64,000 nt of DNA from Clostridia bacterium. GTDB lineage: Bacteria > Bacillota > Clostridia > Christensenellales > Aristaeellaceae. A model generated the notes under the pieces. That model ran no database searches and had not been told where the DNA came from. It worked only from the letters and a program-made list of their open reading frames with translations. Position numbers and translations under genes: made by a program. The stretch lies in contig JAFQIB010000001.1 in the NCBI GenBank assembly GCA_017397765.1, forward strand, positions 2,936 to 66,935, in the 5' to 3' direction. This document shows, piece by piece, positions 1 to 9,133 of this stretch (positions are counted from its first letter, which is position 1; each line of letters starts with the position of its first letter).

Positions 1-930
1 CCTTCTTCACCCAGCGGATCAATCACCAGCTTATCGGTGTGCAGGTATTCTTTCATGGCTTCACGGCACATGGCCCAGTTGATATCCTGGACGGACATGC
101 CTGCATATTTAATAGGCTTGAAGGCGCCCTCCTGAGGCAGACGCAGCTCTTCGATCACGCAGGTGCGCAGACCATAGGCCTGATCCAGCGCCTTGGTCAG
201 ATCCTCCAGAGACATATTGGTGGTGGTGGAGTTCTCCTGAACGCTGTCCAAAAGCGCTTTGGCCTGATCGTAGGTCATGGTGCGGCACTTGTCGGCCAGG
301 ATAGAGAGGACATTGCGCACGCGGGCTGTGCGCATGAAGTCATCGCCGTTGTTGCCTTTGCGGATGCGCATATAGATAACAGCGGCACGGCCTGTAAAGA
401 GGTAGGAGCCCTTTCCGTTGATTGCCGGAGAGGTCTGCCAGGAGTAGAGGGGATAGCGCTTGAGGTAAGCAGCCTCGTTGCCGGTGATCTCGATCTCCAC
501 ACCGCCCATGTAATCGACGATATTGGCGATCTGCTGGAAGTTGAAGATGATGTACTTATCCACCTTGATGCCCAGGTGGGTACTGACGATCTTGCACAGT
601 GCATCCGGGCCCCAGTCCTTGACGATGTAGTTGATGCGGCCGATCACCTTGTCAGGGCGCTCAACGAGAGAATCGCGCAGGAGCGAGGTCAGCATGATCC
701 GCTTACCTTCAGTGTCAAAGGTCAGCAGGACGATACCGTCGTTATTGTCCCGAAGTCCGCCGTTCCACTGATCCATGCACAGCAGCAGGTAATGGTGGAT
801 GCCCTCTCTGTTTTCGGGCAGCTGGTCATAGGGAATCTTCTCGATCGGGGTGGGGGTGCCTGCCATAGCGGGCAGACTCGCTGCGAGCAGCATCAGGGTC
901 AGCAGAAGAACGAGTACGCGTTTCATCATC
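1..930 (-). CDS. LCP (LytR-CpsA-Psr) family protein, C-terminus cut by the window edge
   Basis: My own minus-strand translation from ATGATG at 930-925 (AAGGAG 6 nt upstream) gives MMKRVLVLLLTLMLLAASLPAMAG (signal/anchor), then LLLCMDQWNGG, DGIVLLTFD, MLTSLLRDSLV and FNFQQIANIVDYMGGVEIEI, which are LCP core motifs. It is absent from the ORF track because it runs off the window. The + ORF 39..1007 is its antisense shadow. Confidence 0.75.
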
Positions 931-1086
931 GGTCACTCCTTGTCAGCCATTGTTTGTCAGAAATATCAACGGAACAGCCCGGGGGTTTCATCCCGGCAGT
1001 TGGATGAAAATATTACAAATAACATTGTTTTCCGTAACAAAACTATTATAGCACTCTTTTCGGCGAAAGAAAAGAGGAAAATGCAT

Positions 1087-1118
1087 GAAAAAAGCAGGCA
1101 GTTCAGTGAACTGCCCGC
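1087..1118 (-). terminator. Rho-independent terminator after trxA
   Basis: Minus strand reads GCGGGCAGTTCActgAACTGCCTGC followed by TTTTTT, 9 nt after the trxA stop. Confidence 0.7.
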
Positions 1119-1126
1119 ATTTTTGC

Positions 1127-1441
1127 TTACAGCGCCTTTTTGATCATGCTTTCCAGCGCGTCCTTAGGCTGGAAGCCCAGCTTCTGATCAACGATCTTGC
1201 CGTCCTTGAACAGGATCAGCGTGGGGATGGACATCACGCGGAACTGGCGGGCCAGCTCAGGGCACTTGTCCACGTCCACCTTGCCGACTGCCAGCTCGTT
1301 GGCATATTCGGCGGAGAGCTCTTCCACAACGGGGGCGACCATGCGGCAGGGGCCGCACCAGGGGGCCCAGAAGTCCACCAGAACGGGCTTGTCCTGATTG
1401 ATGAAGTTGCTGAATTCTTCCGTCATGATTTCCTTTGACAT
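1127..1441 (-). CDS. trxA: thioredoxin
   Basis: 104 aa starting at the internal Met MSKEIM, preceded by AGGAGGA. WCGPC active site and typical FWAPWCGPC...IPTLILFKDG fold motifs. Confidence 0.95.
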   Translation of the reverse strand: MSKEIMTEEFSNFINQDKPVLVDFWAPWCGPCRMVAPVVEELSAEYANELAVGKVDVDKCPELARQFRVMSIPTLILFKDGKIVDQKLGFQPKDALESMIKKAL

Positions 1442-1458
1442 AATGGTAATCCTCCTGT

Positions 1459-1890
1459 TCAGATTGATGTATTGGATGCTTCCTGGCTGCGCTGGTGAAT
1501 GATGCGCACCAGCTGCGGGGTCCACTTGGGATTGCTGCGGCGTTTTTTATCTGAGACAAACAGATAGACCAGCGGGATGCCCAGACCGATGACTGCGCCG
1601 ACCACCGCGCCCAGGGAATGCTTCAGGGGAATGAGGGCGTCGCCGATCAGCATGCCGCCGATCAAGCCTGCCAGCGGCAGTGCGTAGGCCAGCAGAGAAG
1701 CCTGGGTGATGGTGCTGTCCGGCATGGAGACGAGGGCCTTGTCGCCCACGGCGGCGGAGCCCTCCAGCCTGAGCGTGGTCGTTTTGGCGCCGCCCATGCA
1801 GGCATGGCATTTATCGCAGTCCGACGGGCGGCAGAAGGTGATCTCCAGCCACTTGCCGTCCACCGCAGTGACTTCGCCGAGTCTTTCCAT
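1459..1890 (-). CDS. RseC/MucC-family (SoxR-reducing system) membrane protein
   Basis: N-terminal Cys cluster CDKCHAC followed by two TM helices (LAYALPLAGLIGGML, VVGAVIGLGIPLVYL). AAGGAG RBS. Sits directly upstream of trxA. Confidence 0.65.
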   Translation of the reverse strand: MERLGEVTAVDGKWLEITFCRPSDCDKCHACMGGAKTTTLRLEGSAAVGDKALVSMPDSTITQASLLAYALPLAGLIGGMLIGDALIPLKHSLGAVVGAVIGLGIPLVYLFVSDKKRRSNPKWTPQLVRIIHQRSQEASNTSI

Positions 1891-1997
1891 CTTTGATCGC
1901 TCCTTTGTTTCGATTCGGAAGTATTATACCATACTTTCCTGCCGAAGGAAAGCCCCTTGCAATGATATGATACCCAGGTTTCTCCGGGCTGAAACAA

Positions 1998-2507
1998 TCA
2001 TTGGGAATTTGCGGTGATGATCCGCACATTTTCCGGGGCAAGGCCCGCGTGGGCTGCAGCCAGCGTCAGGACCAGCGCTGACTCCTTGTCCGTGATTTGC
2101 TCCTTTTCTGTCACAATGGTCAGGCTGCCGCCGGAGAGAACCGCAGTGCAGGGGGACAAGCTGCTGCCTGTCAGCGCGCCTTCCAGGGCGGATTCGGCTT
2201 GCCTGGCGTCGATGATCGATTGCAGCTGCAGGGCGGCAGATTCCAGCAGGCTGTCCTCCAGCGATGGATTGACGCAGAGCTTTTCCAGCGCAGCGATATC
2301 TGCTTTGACCTGAGCGGCCCGCTCCGCGCGGAAGGCTTCCAGGGCGGAAAGACTTTCCCGGGGCGTCTCCATCACGGGGATGGTGACGGAGGCCGGTGCC
2401 GATTGCAGCTGCCGATGGCTGGCCAGGCCGCTGATCAGCAGTGTCGTAACCAAAAGAACCAGCAGCAGCGTATTCCGATGGCGGAGCAGAAAATCAGTCC
2501 CTTTCAT
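1998..2507 (-). CDS. spoIIIAH: stage III sporulation protein AH
   Basis: Last gene of an 8-gene overlapping or abutting operon. N-terminal TM anchor plus an extracytoplasmic domain. The call rests on position, size and operon context. Confidence 0.75.
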   Translation of the reverse strand: MKGTDFLLRHRNTLLLVLLVTTLLISGLASHRQLQSAPASVTIPVMETPRESLSALEAFRAERAAQVKADIAALEKLCVNPSLEDSLLESAALQLQSIIDARQAESALEGALTGSSLSPCTAVLSGGSLTIVTEKEQITDKESALVLTLAAAHAGLAPENVRIITANSQ

Positions 2508-2833
2508 TTTGACCCCTCCCTTTCATAGACTGCGATCCGATCCTGTCCGATCCCCAGGAGCGTAGTGACGGCGGAAACAAGCTTCAGCCGGACAGAGATA
2601 TCATCTGCCCCTTCGGCGACGATCACTGCGCTGCAGGGGACGCTTTGGTCATAATGAAAGGCGACATCGACGTCGCCCGCGCCGCTGATGGCGCTGAGTA
2701 CCCGGCTGAGACGGCTTTCCTCACTGTCAGAGATTGCTTCCCGGCTGCCCAGGAGCAAGCACAGCGCTGCGCAAAACAGAAGTGCCGCCAGAATCCAGCC
2801 GTCCTTTTTCAGATAGGCGGACAAGCGGTTCAT
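2504..2833 (-). CDS. spoIIIAG: stage III sporulation protein AG
   Basis: 109 aa with a single N-terminal TM helix. 4-nt overlaps with the neighbouring spoIIIA genes. Call is by operon position. Confidence 0.75.
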   Translation of the reverse strand: MNRLSAYLKKDGWILAALLFCAALCLLLGSREAISDSEESRLSRVLSAISGAGDVDVAFHYDQSVPCSAVIVAEGADDISVRLKLVSAVTTLLGIGQDRIAVYEREGSK

Positions 2834-3102
2834 GGCATTTCCTCCTGCTGACTGACCATCCTGCTGACAAATTGCTCCTGAACGGAGTCAACGCTCAGGG
2901 CGGTGGGGGTCAGGACGGATTCCGGCGGAGAAACATGCAATTGAAATCCCAGCAGGGAGGCCAGTCCCTCGACCCAGCACATCAGCGTCAGCAGGCCGAT
3001 GACCATGCCGGCGGTCTGCTTGATCCCGCCCTCGGGCAATAGGGACAGCAGGGCGGATCCTGCCAGGGACAGGGCGGCAAAGGCGACAAGCAGCTTCATC
3101 AT
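2830..3102 (-). CDS. spoIIIAF: stage III sporulation protein AF
   Basis: 90 aa with two N-terminal TM helices. Call is by operon position between AE and AG. Confidence 0.7.
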   Translation of the reverse strand: MMKLLVAFAALSLAGSALLSLLPEGGIKQTAGMVIGLLTLMCWVEGLASLLGFQLHVSPPESVLTPTALSVDSVQEQFVSRMVSQQEEMP

Positions 3103-3106
3103 GGCA

Positions 3107-4228
3107 TTACCTCATCATGAAAGTCAACCCGCTGACGGCAATCAGCTGTGCAATCAGCATCAGGAACATGGCGGCGGCACACAGCTGGATGACAAACAGC
3201 AGCATCAGCACCCGCCCGAACTCGTGGAGGCACTTTGACAGCGGGCCGTCGGAAACCGGCTGCATCAGGGCGGCAGCCAGCTGGTAGAGCAGGGCGGCAG
3301 CCAGCGTCTGACACATGGGCGCCATGGCCCAGGCGGCGATCAGCATCAGCCCGGTCACGCCAAGCGCCCCCTGCACCAGCAGGCTGGAGCCCACCAGCGT
3401 ATCCACCGTATCGGCAAAAAGTCCGCCGACCACGGGGATGAGATGGCTCATGGCGTATTTGGCAGTGCGGAGGGTCACGCCGTCAATGGCGGCGGCGGTC
3501 ACGGCCCGGGTGGTCAGCACCCCGATGAACACGGTGAAGCAGACACCCAGCGTCCAGGCTGCGCACTGATGGAGGAAGGCAGCCAGTCGTTGCAGCCGGA
3601 TGCCTTCGCCGAGCTGACAGAGCATGGTGAGGATGGCGGCAGCGGTTGCCAGCGGAACGGTCAGCTGCTGGATGAGGCCGGTCATGGCGCTGGCAGATGC
3701 GACCACGGCGGGCTGCATCAGCGCTGAGCCGCCAGAGCCGCCCACAGCTGCCATCAGTGTCAGCAGCAGCGGAAAAAGCCCCTGCATGCCCTCGGACATG
3801 CGGCGGACGGCCTGGGTGCAAAGGGCAATGTGATCCGTCAGATCCTGGGTGAGAAATACGCAGACCAGCAGCTGGATCACGACCCGGCCGGTCTCCGTGT
3901 TTCTGCCTGTCAGCCGGCGAAGGAGCGACCAGATGAGCGCAGGTCCCGCCAGTCGGGTCAGCCGCCACAGACTGGTTTTGACCGCAGACAGCAGCTTGGA
4001 GAGCAGCAGCTGAAGGGTCTGCTCAAAGTCGATGCTGATCTCGCCCCGGGCAATGGCCAGCAGCGTTTTTGCAAATCCGCCTGTTGCCGCAAAGGGATCA
4101 AGCTCCGGCGAAGCGGCCTCCAGGGCGGACAGATCCAGCCCGTCCACAACCTGCGCAATCCCTTCGGAAAGGGATTCTGCAACGGCCGGGCAGGGGAGCA
4201 GCAGAAGAAATAATTGCAGGGCGATCAG
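3107..4228 (-). CDS. spoIIIAE: stage III sporulation protein AE (start codon uncertain)
   Basis: Polytopic membrane protein with a signal-like LIALQLFLLLLPCPAVA-ES N-terminus, then a conserved SpoIIIAE-type TM core. The track ORF (to 4618) would overlap all of spoIIIAD out of frame. No ATG/GTG/TTG lies in frame near the spoIIIAD stop, so the 5' end was set at the CTG overlapping that stop (CCCTGATC). Confidence 0.7.
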   Translation of the reverse strand: MIALQLFLLLLPCPAVAESLSEGIAQVVDGLDLSALEAASPELDPFAATGGFAKTLLAIARGEISIDFEQTLQLLLSKLLSAVKTSLWRLTRLAGPALIWSLLRRLTGRNTETGRVVIQLLVCVFLTQDLTDHIALCTQAVRRMSEGMQGLFPLLLTLMAAVGGSGGSALMQPAVVASASAMTGLIQQLTVPLATAAAILTMLCQLGEGIRLQRLAAFLHQCAAWTLGVCFTVFIGVLTTRAVTAAAIDGVTLRTAKYAMSHLIPVVGGLFADTVDTLVGSSLLVQGALGVTGLMLIAAWAMAPMCQTLAAALLYQLAAALMQPVSDGPLSKCLHEFGRVLMLLFVIQLCAAAMFLMLIAQLIAVSGLTFMMR

Positions 4229-4611
4229 GGCGAAAGGGAGATGATTTGTGAAAGCAGTGCCTGCATGACAGGAAACGCCAGCGCAATCAGCATGACCCGC
4301 CCGGCGAACTCCACCTTTAGGGCCAGCCCCGCTTCGGAAGCATCCCGGCAGGTCTGGGCGGCGAAATCCATCAGCAGGCTGATTCCGCCGATCTTGAGCA
4401 GCTGGGTCATGTAGCGCTCCTGCACGCCGCCTGTCTGGATCAGTGCTGTCAGCGCAGAAACAATCTGCTGCAGCTGCGGCAGGACCATCAGGACTGCCAT
4501 TGCTCCTGCGGCGATCGTCAGGACGACGGAGGCTTCCGGCCGCAGCTTGCGCAGGAGGAGGGACAGGACGGCGGCGCACACCGCAAAGCCTGCGATCTGA
4601 AAGGCGTTCAA
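4225..4611 (-). CDS. spoIIIAD: stage III sporulation protein AD
   Basis: 128-aa four-TM protein. FQIAGFAVCAAVLSLLLRKLRPE and LLKIGGISLLMDFAAQTCRDASE are typical SpoIIIAD motifs. Confidence 0.85.
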   Translation of the reverse strand: MNAFQIAGFAVCAAVLSLLLRKLRPEASVVLTIAAGAMAVLMVLPQLQQIVSALTALIQTGGVQERYMTQLLKIGGISLLMDFAAQTCRDASEAGLALKVEFAGRVMLIALAFPVMQALLSQIISLSP

Positions 4612-4617
4612 GCTGCA

Positions 4618-4815
4618 TCAGTAAAGCTGGAAGATCGTCCGCACGCTGGTGAACAGATCCTCCAGGAGCCCGGCTACCATCAGCAGTACGATGGCCAGCC
4701 CGGCGACGGCGGCCAGGTTTGCCAGCTCACTGCGCCCTGAGCTGGCAAGCACTGCGGAGACCACAGTGGTCAGTACGCCCACGCCTGCAATTTGGAATAG
4801 CAGATCAAGCTGCAT
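4618..4815 (-). CDS. spoIIIAC: stage III sporulation protein AC
   Basis: 65-aa two-TM protein; LFQIAGVGVLTTVVSAVL...GRSE is characteristic of SpoIIIAC. Confidence 0.85.
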   Translation of the reverse strand: MQLDLLFQIAGVGVLTTVVSAVLASSGRSELANLAAVAGLAIVLLMVAGLLEDLFTSVRTIFQLY

Positions 4816-4831
4816 CTGTCCTTCCTCCGGA

Positions 4832-5323
4832 TCAGAGTAATAGAATCGTCAGGCAAAGCCCGCCGATCAGACCGAGCGTCTGCCAGAGCTTCACATCCTT
4901 TTCCGCGGCTGCGCTGGCCTGCGCCTGCAGCAGCTGAAGCTCCTGCGCGGCCTGGGCAGCGGCAAGGCTTCTGCTCTCCTTGGTGCCGTGGCCAAGCCGC
5001 TGAAAAAAGCGACTGAGGACGTCGCACTCCGGGCCTTCCAGTGCACATCGACGAAATGCTTCTGCTGGCGACAGCAGGGGATCGTTACGGATCAAATCTG
5101 CGGCCTGATGCAGCAGGAGATCGGGAGGCTGCTGACTGCAGGCAGTAGTACACAGCAGCTCCGGAATGGACAGCGTGCCCTGCTGAAGGAGCAGCGAGAG
5201 ATGCTCCAGCAGCTGCACCCATCGGGAAAGGCGTGCCGCTGTTGCTTTCAGCTGAGCAGCATGCCGGAACCCGGCAAATGCGCACAGAAGCCCTGCCATC
5301 AGGGCAAGTGCAGCGCGGGTCAT
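4832..5323 (-). CDS. spoIIIAB: stage III sporulation protein AB
   Basis: 163 aa with an N-terminal TM and a C-terminal TM (LWQTLGLIGGLCLTILLL). Call is by position between AA and AC. Confidence 0.75.
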   Translation of the reverse strand: MTRAALALMAGLLCAFAGFRHAAQLKATAARLSRWVQLLEHLSLLLQQGTLSIPELLCTTACSQQPPDLLLHQAADLIRNDPLLSPAEAFRRCALEGPECDVLSRFFQRLGHGTKESRSLAAAQAAQELQLLQAQASAAAEKDVKLWQTLGLIGGLCLTILLL

Positions 5324-6225
5324 ACAGGGGAGACCGGATGGCCTGTCCGGTCATAAACGGCGGTCAGCATACCGCCGCCCTCGGGCGAAAGCAAAGCATA
5401 CCGGTCAAATAATTGACTGTCAGCCAATGCAGCCAGGGCCGGACGCTGAAGAATGTCCTCCAGAGAACTGCCGTGGGCGGACGCACAGATGCTTACGCCG
5501 CAGCGGACAGCCTCTTTGATTGCAGCTGCATCCTCTTGACTGCCCAGCTCGTCGGTGATGATGACCTGGGGCGACATGCTGCGGATCAGCCAGGGGATCG
5601 CCTCCGATTTGGGCAGGCCATCCAGTACGTCGCTGGTATGCCCCGTGTCCAGCTGCGGCACCCCGTGCCAGCAGGCGGCCAGCTCGCTGCGTTCATCCAC
5701 AATGCAAACCTGCAGCGGCTTCCTGCCTGAAGCCAGCTGGCGGGCAAGATCCCGGAGCATGGTGGTTTTTCCGGAGCCGGGCGGGCCGATCAGCAGCAGG
5801 CGCTGCGAACCGTCCATGTGCTGCAGCAGCTTGTCCGCGCAGCCGGGCCATTGTGCGGCAATACGGATGCATACAGACCCGATGCCGGTTAAAACAGACT
5901 GCTTTCCGGAAAATTGCACAGTGCCGCACAGACCGGCCCGATGGCCGCCGCGCAATGTCAGATAGCCATGGCCGGTTTCTTCTGTCCGGGCGTACAGGCT
6001 GTGCTCGGAAAGGGCTTCAACCAGGTGCTCCAGCTGATGCCGGCTGGGCGTCCAGTCCAGCAAAGCGGTCCGTGTTGCGGTGATAAAAACCGTCGGACGG
6101 TCGGCCCGGAGGCGGATTTCCCGCAATTCACCGGGCAGGAGGAGTTCCAGCTCGCTGCGGAGCGCTTCGGGTAAGCAAGGGGACAGAAAAGCTCTTGTTT
6201 CATGCCAGTCCATGCAAAGCCTCAC
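5320..6225 (-). CDS. spoIIIAA: stage III sporulation protein AA (AAA+ ATPase)
   Basis: Walker A LLIGPPGSGKTTMLRDLAR and Walker B-like VIITDELG. First gene of the spoIIIA operon. An alternative Met lies 4 codons downstream. Confidence 0.85.
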   Translation of the reverse strand: MRLCMDWHETRAFLSPCLPEALRSELELLLPGELREIRLRADRPTVFITATRTALLDWTPSRHQLEHLVEALSEHSLYARTEETGHGYLTLRGGHRAGLCGTVQFSGKQSVLTGIGSVCIRIAAQWPGCADKLLQHMDGSQRLLLIGPPGSGKTTMLRDLARQLASGRKPLQVCIVDERSELAACWHGVPQLDTGHTSDVLDGLPKSEAIPWLIRSMSPQVIITDELGSQEDAAAIKEAVRCGVSICASAHGSSLEDILQRPALAALADSQLFDRYALLSPEGGGMLTAVYDRTGHPVSPV

Positions 6226-6878
6226 TCAAATATTGTCAGTCCGATCGCCTGATAAAGCGCCCAGTCCACCAGTCCGTTCGGTGAAAGCCCGTATGCCTGA
6301 CGAGCCTTGTCCACGGCTTGCTGGGTCGCGCTGCCAAAGATTCCGTCCGGCCAGCCGTGGTAGAAACCAAGCGCCTTCAGCTTGCGCTGTACGGCACACA
6401 CGGCGGCGCTCCGATCACCGTTTTTCAGTGTGCTGAGGAAAGGGCCCAGCTCCCCGTAGGGGCCGCATTCCATGACGACGATGGTGCCGTTGGGGACAAG
6501 GGCATAGAGCTCCTCCGCATCGCGGACACTCATGCGGATGCAGCCGTGGGAGGCTGCATAGCCGATGGACTCCGGTTTGTTGGTGCCGTGGATTCCGTAG
6601 TTTCCCCAGGGGACGTTCAGCCCGAGAAAACAGGTGCCGAAGCCGCACATTTCCCCGGAAAACCGGTGGGTGATGGTAAAGACGCCTACCGGAGTCGGCG
6701 TATCCCGGGCGCCGGTGGCAATGGGATAGGTTTTGACAGTCCGGGCGCCCTGGAACAGCGTCAGCCTTTTCTGCTCCACATCCACATGGATGATATATGC
6801 GTCGCCTGTCTGCGCAGCTGCTGACAGACAGAAGCTGACAAGCAGCACGCCCGCAAGCAATGCACGCCATCCGCACAA
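6222..6878 (-). CDS. L,D-transpeptidase (YkuD) with a C-terminal peptidoglycan-binding domain
   Basis: Catalytic motif HGTNKPESIGYAASHGCIRM. C-terminal PG_binding_1-like segment LKALGFYHGWPDGIFGSATQQAV. TTG start 7 nt after GGAGGTG. The stop overlaps the spoIIIAA start by 4 nt. Confidence 0.85.
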   Translation of the reverse strand: MCGWRALLAGVLLVSFCLSAAAQTGDAYIIHVDVEQKRLTLFQGARTVKTYPIATGARDTPTPVGVFTITHRFSGEMCGFGTCFLGLNVPWGNYGIHGTNKPESIGYAASHGCIRMSVRDAEELYALVPNGTIVVMECGPYGELGPFLSTLKNGDRSAAVCAVQRKLKALGFYHGWPDGIFGSATQQAVDKARQAYGLSPNGLVDWALYQAIGLTIFE

Positions 6879-6991
6879 AGCGCTTCACCTCCGTGTGGAA
6901 GCAATGTATGCACATGGTTGTCCGCGATATGCACCTGAGAAGGCGCAAAAGGGCAAGCTGGACAAAATGTTTTCATGCGGTGTTGACAAGC

Positions 6992-7020
6992 TTGAAAAAC
7001 CATCCGTTTGCTGATATAAT
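6992..7020 (+). promoter_or_regulatory. sigma-A type promoter for the 5'-nucleotidase gene
   Basis: TTGAAA-17 nt-TATAAT, 57 nt upstream of the ATG. Confidence 0.55.
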
Positions 7021-7076
7021 AAGGCCATGGGCATGCAGCCCAAATGCGTTACTACAATTCAAAGGAGGAATTCCCC

Positions 7077-8723
7077 ATGAAGAAGTTCCTTGCACTGATT
7101 CTGGCGGCTATGCTGCTGCTTGGCTGTGCCGCCATGGCAGAAGAAGCTGCGCCTGCGCTGACCAAGGATGTGGTCGTCCTGTTCACCAGCGACGTGCACT
7201 GCGGCATTGACCAGGGCTGGGGCTATGTGGGCCTGGCTGCCCTGCGCGATGCGCTGGTTGCCCAGGGCAACCATGTGGTGCTGGCTGACAACGGCGACGC
7301 CATCCAGGGCGAGCCTGTTGGTACCATGACCAAGGGCGAAGCGCTGATCGACCTGATGAACACCGTGGGCTACGATGTGGCCATCCCCGGCAACCATGAG
7401 TTCGACTACGGCATGGATCGTTTCCTGGAGCTGACCGGCAAGGCAAGCTTCCCCTACATCAGCGCCAACTTCAACAAGGAAGGCGAGCTGGTGTTCAAGC
7501 CTTACATCATCAAGGAGTTCGACGGTGTGAAGATTGCCTTTGTGGGCATCACCACCCCCAAGACCCTGACCTCTTCCACCCCCGCCTACTTCATGGACGA
7601 CGCCGGCAATTTCATTTACGGCTTCTTCCAGGACGAGAGCGGCGAAAAGCTGTACAATGCCGTACAGACGGCGGTTGACGCTGCAATCGCCGAAGGTGCT
7701 GACTACGTTGTGGCGATGGGCCACCTGGGCAACGAAGCTGAGTGCGCTCCCTGGACCTACGCGGATGTGATCGCCAATACCACCGGCATCGACGCCCTGC
7801 TGGACGGCCACAGCCATGACAAGGATCAGGTGACCATGAAGAACAAGGCCGGCGAGGATGTGCTGCGCTCCGGCTGCGGCACCAAGCTGGAGGGCATCGG
7901 CTATCTGCGCATTGCCAAGGACGGCACGATGGAGAACGGCCTGTATGAGTGGACGATCGACTTCGCTGCCTCCGAGCTGTTCAAGAATGATGTGAGCATT
8001 GCGGTCGAAAATGCGACGGCTGCCCTGAATGAGAAGCTGGGCGAGGTTGTGGCCTCTACCCAGGTCGACCTGGTCATCAAGGACCCCGCCACCGGCGTGC
8101 GCATCGTCCGCACTGCTGAAACCAACCTGGGCGACCTGTGCGCCGATGCCTACCGCGACCAGTCCGGCGCTGATGTGGCCATCGTCAACGGCGGCGGCGT
8201 CCGCGACATCATCAAGGCCGGCGAGATCACCCTGAACGACATTCTGAAGGTGCATCCCTTCGGCAACGCCATGTGCGTGATCGAGGTGACAGGTCAGCAG
8301 ATCCAGGACGCCCTGGAGTTCGGTGCGAAGGACGTGCCCAGCGAGTTCGGCGGCTTCCTGCAGGTTTCCGGCATGACCTACGAGATCCACACCTACATTC
8401 CTTCCTCCGTGAAGATGGATGAAGCGAAGATGTTCGTGGGCGTGGAGGGCGAGTACCGCGTCAAGAACATCCTGGTTGGCGGCGAGCCCCTGGACGTGAC
8501 CAAGACCTACACCCTGGCTTCCCACAACTACAAGCTCAAGGGCAACGGCGACGGCTACACCATGTTTGACGGCTGCAAGATCCTGCAGGACGAGGTGAAG
8601 CTGGACAACCAGGTGCTGATGGACTACATCACCGGCACCCTGGGCGGCGTGGTTGGCGAGGAATATGCTGATCCCTACGGACAGGGCCGCATCGTGGCGG
8701 TGCCTGAGAAGCCCGCTGAGTAA
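7077..8723 (+). CDS. bifunctional metallophosphatase/5'-nucleotidase lipoprotein
   Basis: Start set at MKKFLALILAAMLLLGC (lipobox LLGC) after AAAGGAGG. Calcineurin-like motifs DVHCG, GDAIQG and GNHEFD, plus a C-terminal 5'-nucleotidase domain. Confidence 0.9.
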   Translation: MKKFLALILAAMLLLGCAAMAEEAAPALTKDVVVLFTSDVHCGIDQGWGYVGLAALRDALVAQGNHVVLADNGDAIQGEPVGTMTKGEALIDLMNTVGYDVAIPGNHEFDYGMDRFLELTGKASFPYISANFNKEGELVFKPYIIKEFDGVKIAFVGITTPKTLTSSTPAYFMDDAGNFIYGFFQDESGEKLYNAVQTAVDAAIAEGADYVVAMGHLGNEAECAPWTYADVIANTTGIDALLDGHSHDKDQVTMKNKAGEDVLRSGCGTKLEGIGYLRIAKDGTMENGLYEWTIDFAASELFKNDVSIAVENATAALNEKLGEVVASTQVDLVIKDPATGVRIVRTAETNLGDLCADAYRDQSGADVAIVNGGGVRDIIKAGEITLNDILKVHPFGNAMCVIEVTGQQIQDALEFGAKDVPSEFGGFLQVSGMTYEIHTYIPSSVKMDEAKMFVGVEGEYRVKNILVGGEPLDVTKTYTLASHNYKLKGNGDGYTMFDGCKILQDEVKLDNQVLMDYITGTLGGVVGEEYADPYGQGRIVAVPEKPAE

Positions 8724-8742
8724 TCCCATTTGAACCAGTCAG

Positions 8743-8772
8743 CCCTCCGGTCATCAAGGCCGGAGGGTTTTT
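8743..8772 (+). terminator. Rho-independent terminator
   Basis: CCCTCCGGtcatcaaggCCGGAGGG followed by TTTTT. Confidence 0.8.
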
Positions 8773-8836
8773 CATGCTTGTGAAGACAGGCAAAACATGA
8801 TAAAATGGAATGAATCATCACGCAGGAGGAACCGGC

Positions 8837-9121
8837 ATGTCCGAAACGATCAATATCCGACAGATTGCAGCATTGGCGAAGCTGTCTGTTGCCCCGGACG
8901 AGGAGGAACGGCTGTCCCGGGAAATGGAGGCGATCCTCGCGTTCGGCCGGCAGCTGCAGGAGCTCCCGCTGGAAGGCGTTCCCCAGACGCAGCATATATT
9001 GGATCAGCATGCGGTGCTGCGGACGGATGCTGTGCAGCCCGGCTTACCCTCCTGTGCAGTGCTGGAGGCAGCGCCTGCCAGACTGGACGAATACATTGCC
9101 GTACCGCGCACGGTGGAGTAA
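8837..9121 (+). CDS. gatC: Asp-tRNA(Asn)/Glu-tRNA(Gln) amidotransferase subunit C
   Basis: 94 aa starting at MSETINIRQIAALAKLSV after CAGGAGGAA. GatC-like sequence, directly upstream of gatA/gatB. Confidence 0.9.
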   Translation: MSETINIRQIAALAKLSVAPDEEERLSREMEAILAFGRQLQELPLEGVPQTQHILDQHAVLRTDAVQPGLPSCAVLEAAPARLDEYIAVPRTVE

Positions 9122-9133
9122 GGAGGCGCTGGC

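Noticed and set aside
39-1007. A 322-aa + strand ORF at the window start.
   Set aside because: It is antisense to the LCP-family gene. The LCP gene has clear family motifs, a signal anchor and an RBS on the minus strand.
4229-4618. The N-terminal 130-aa extension of the spoIIIAE ORF in the track (start at 4618).
   Set aside because: It would overlap the entire spoIIIAD gene out of frame. It is Arg/Pro/Ala-rich junk, and the SpoIIIAE-like sequence only begins at the signal peptide near 4228.
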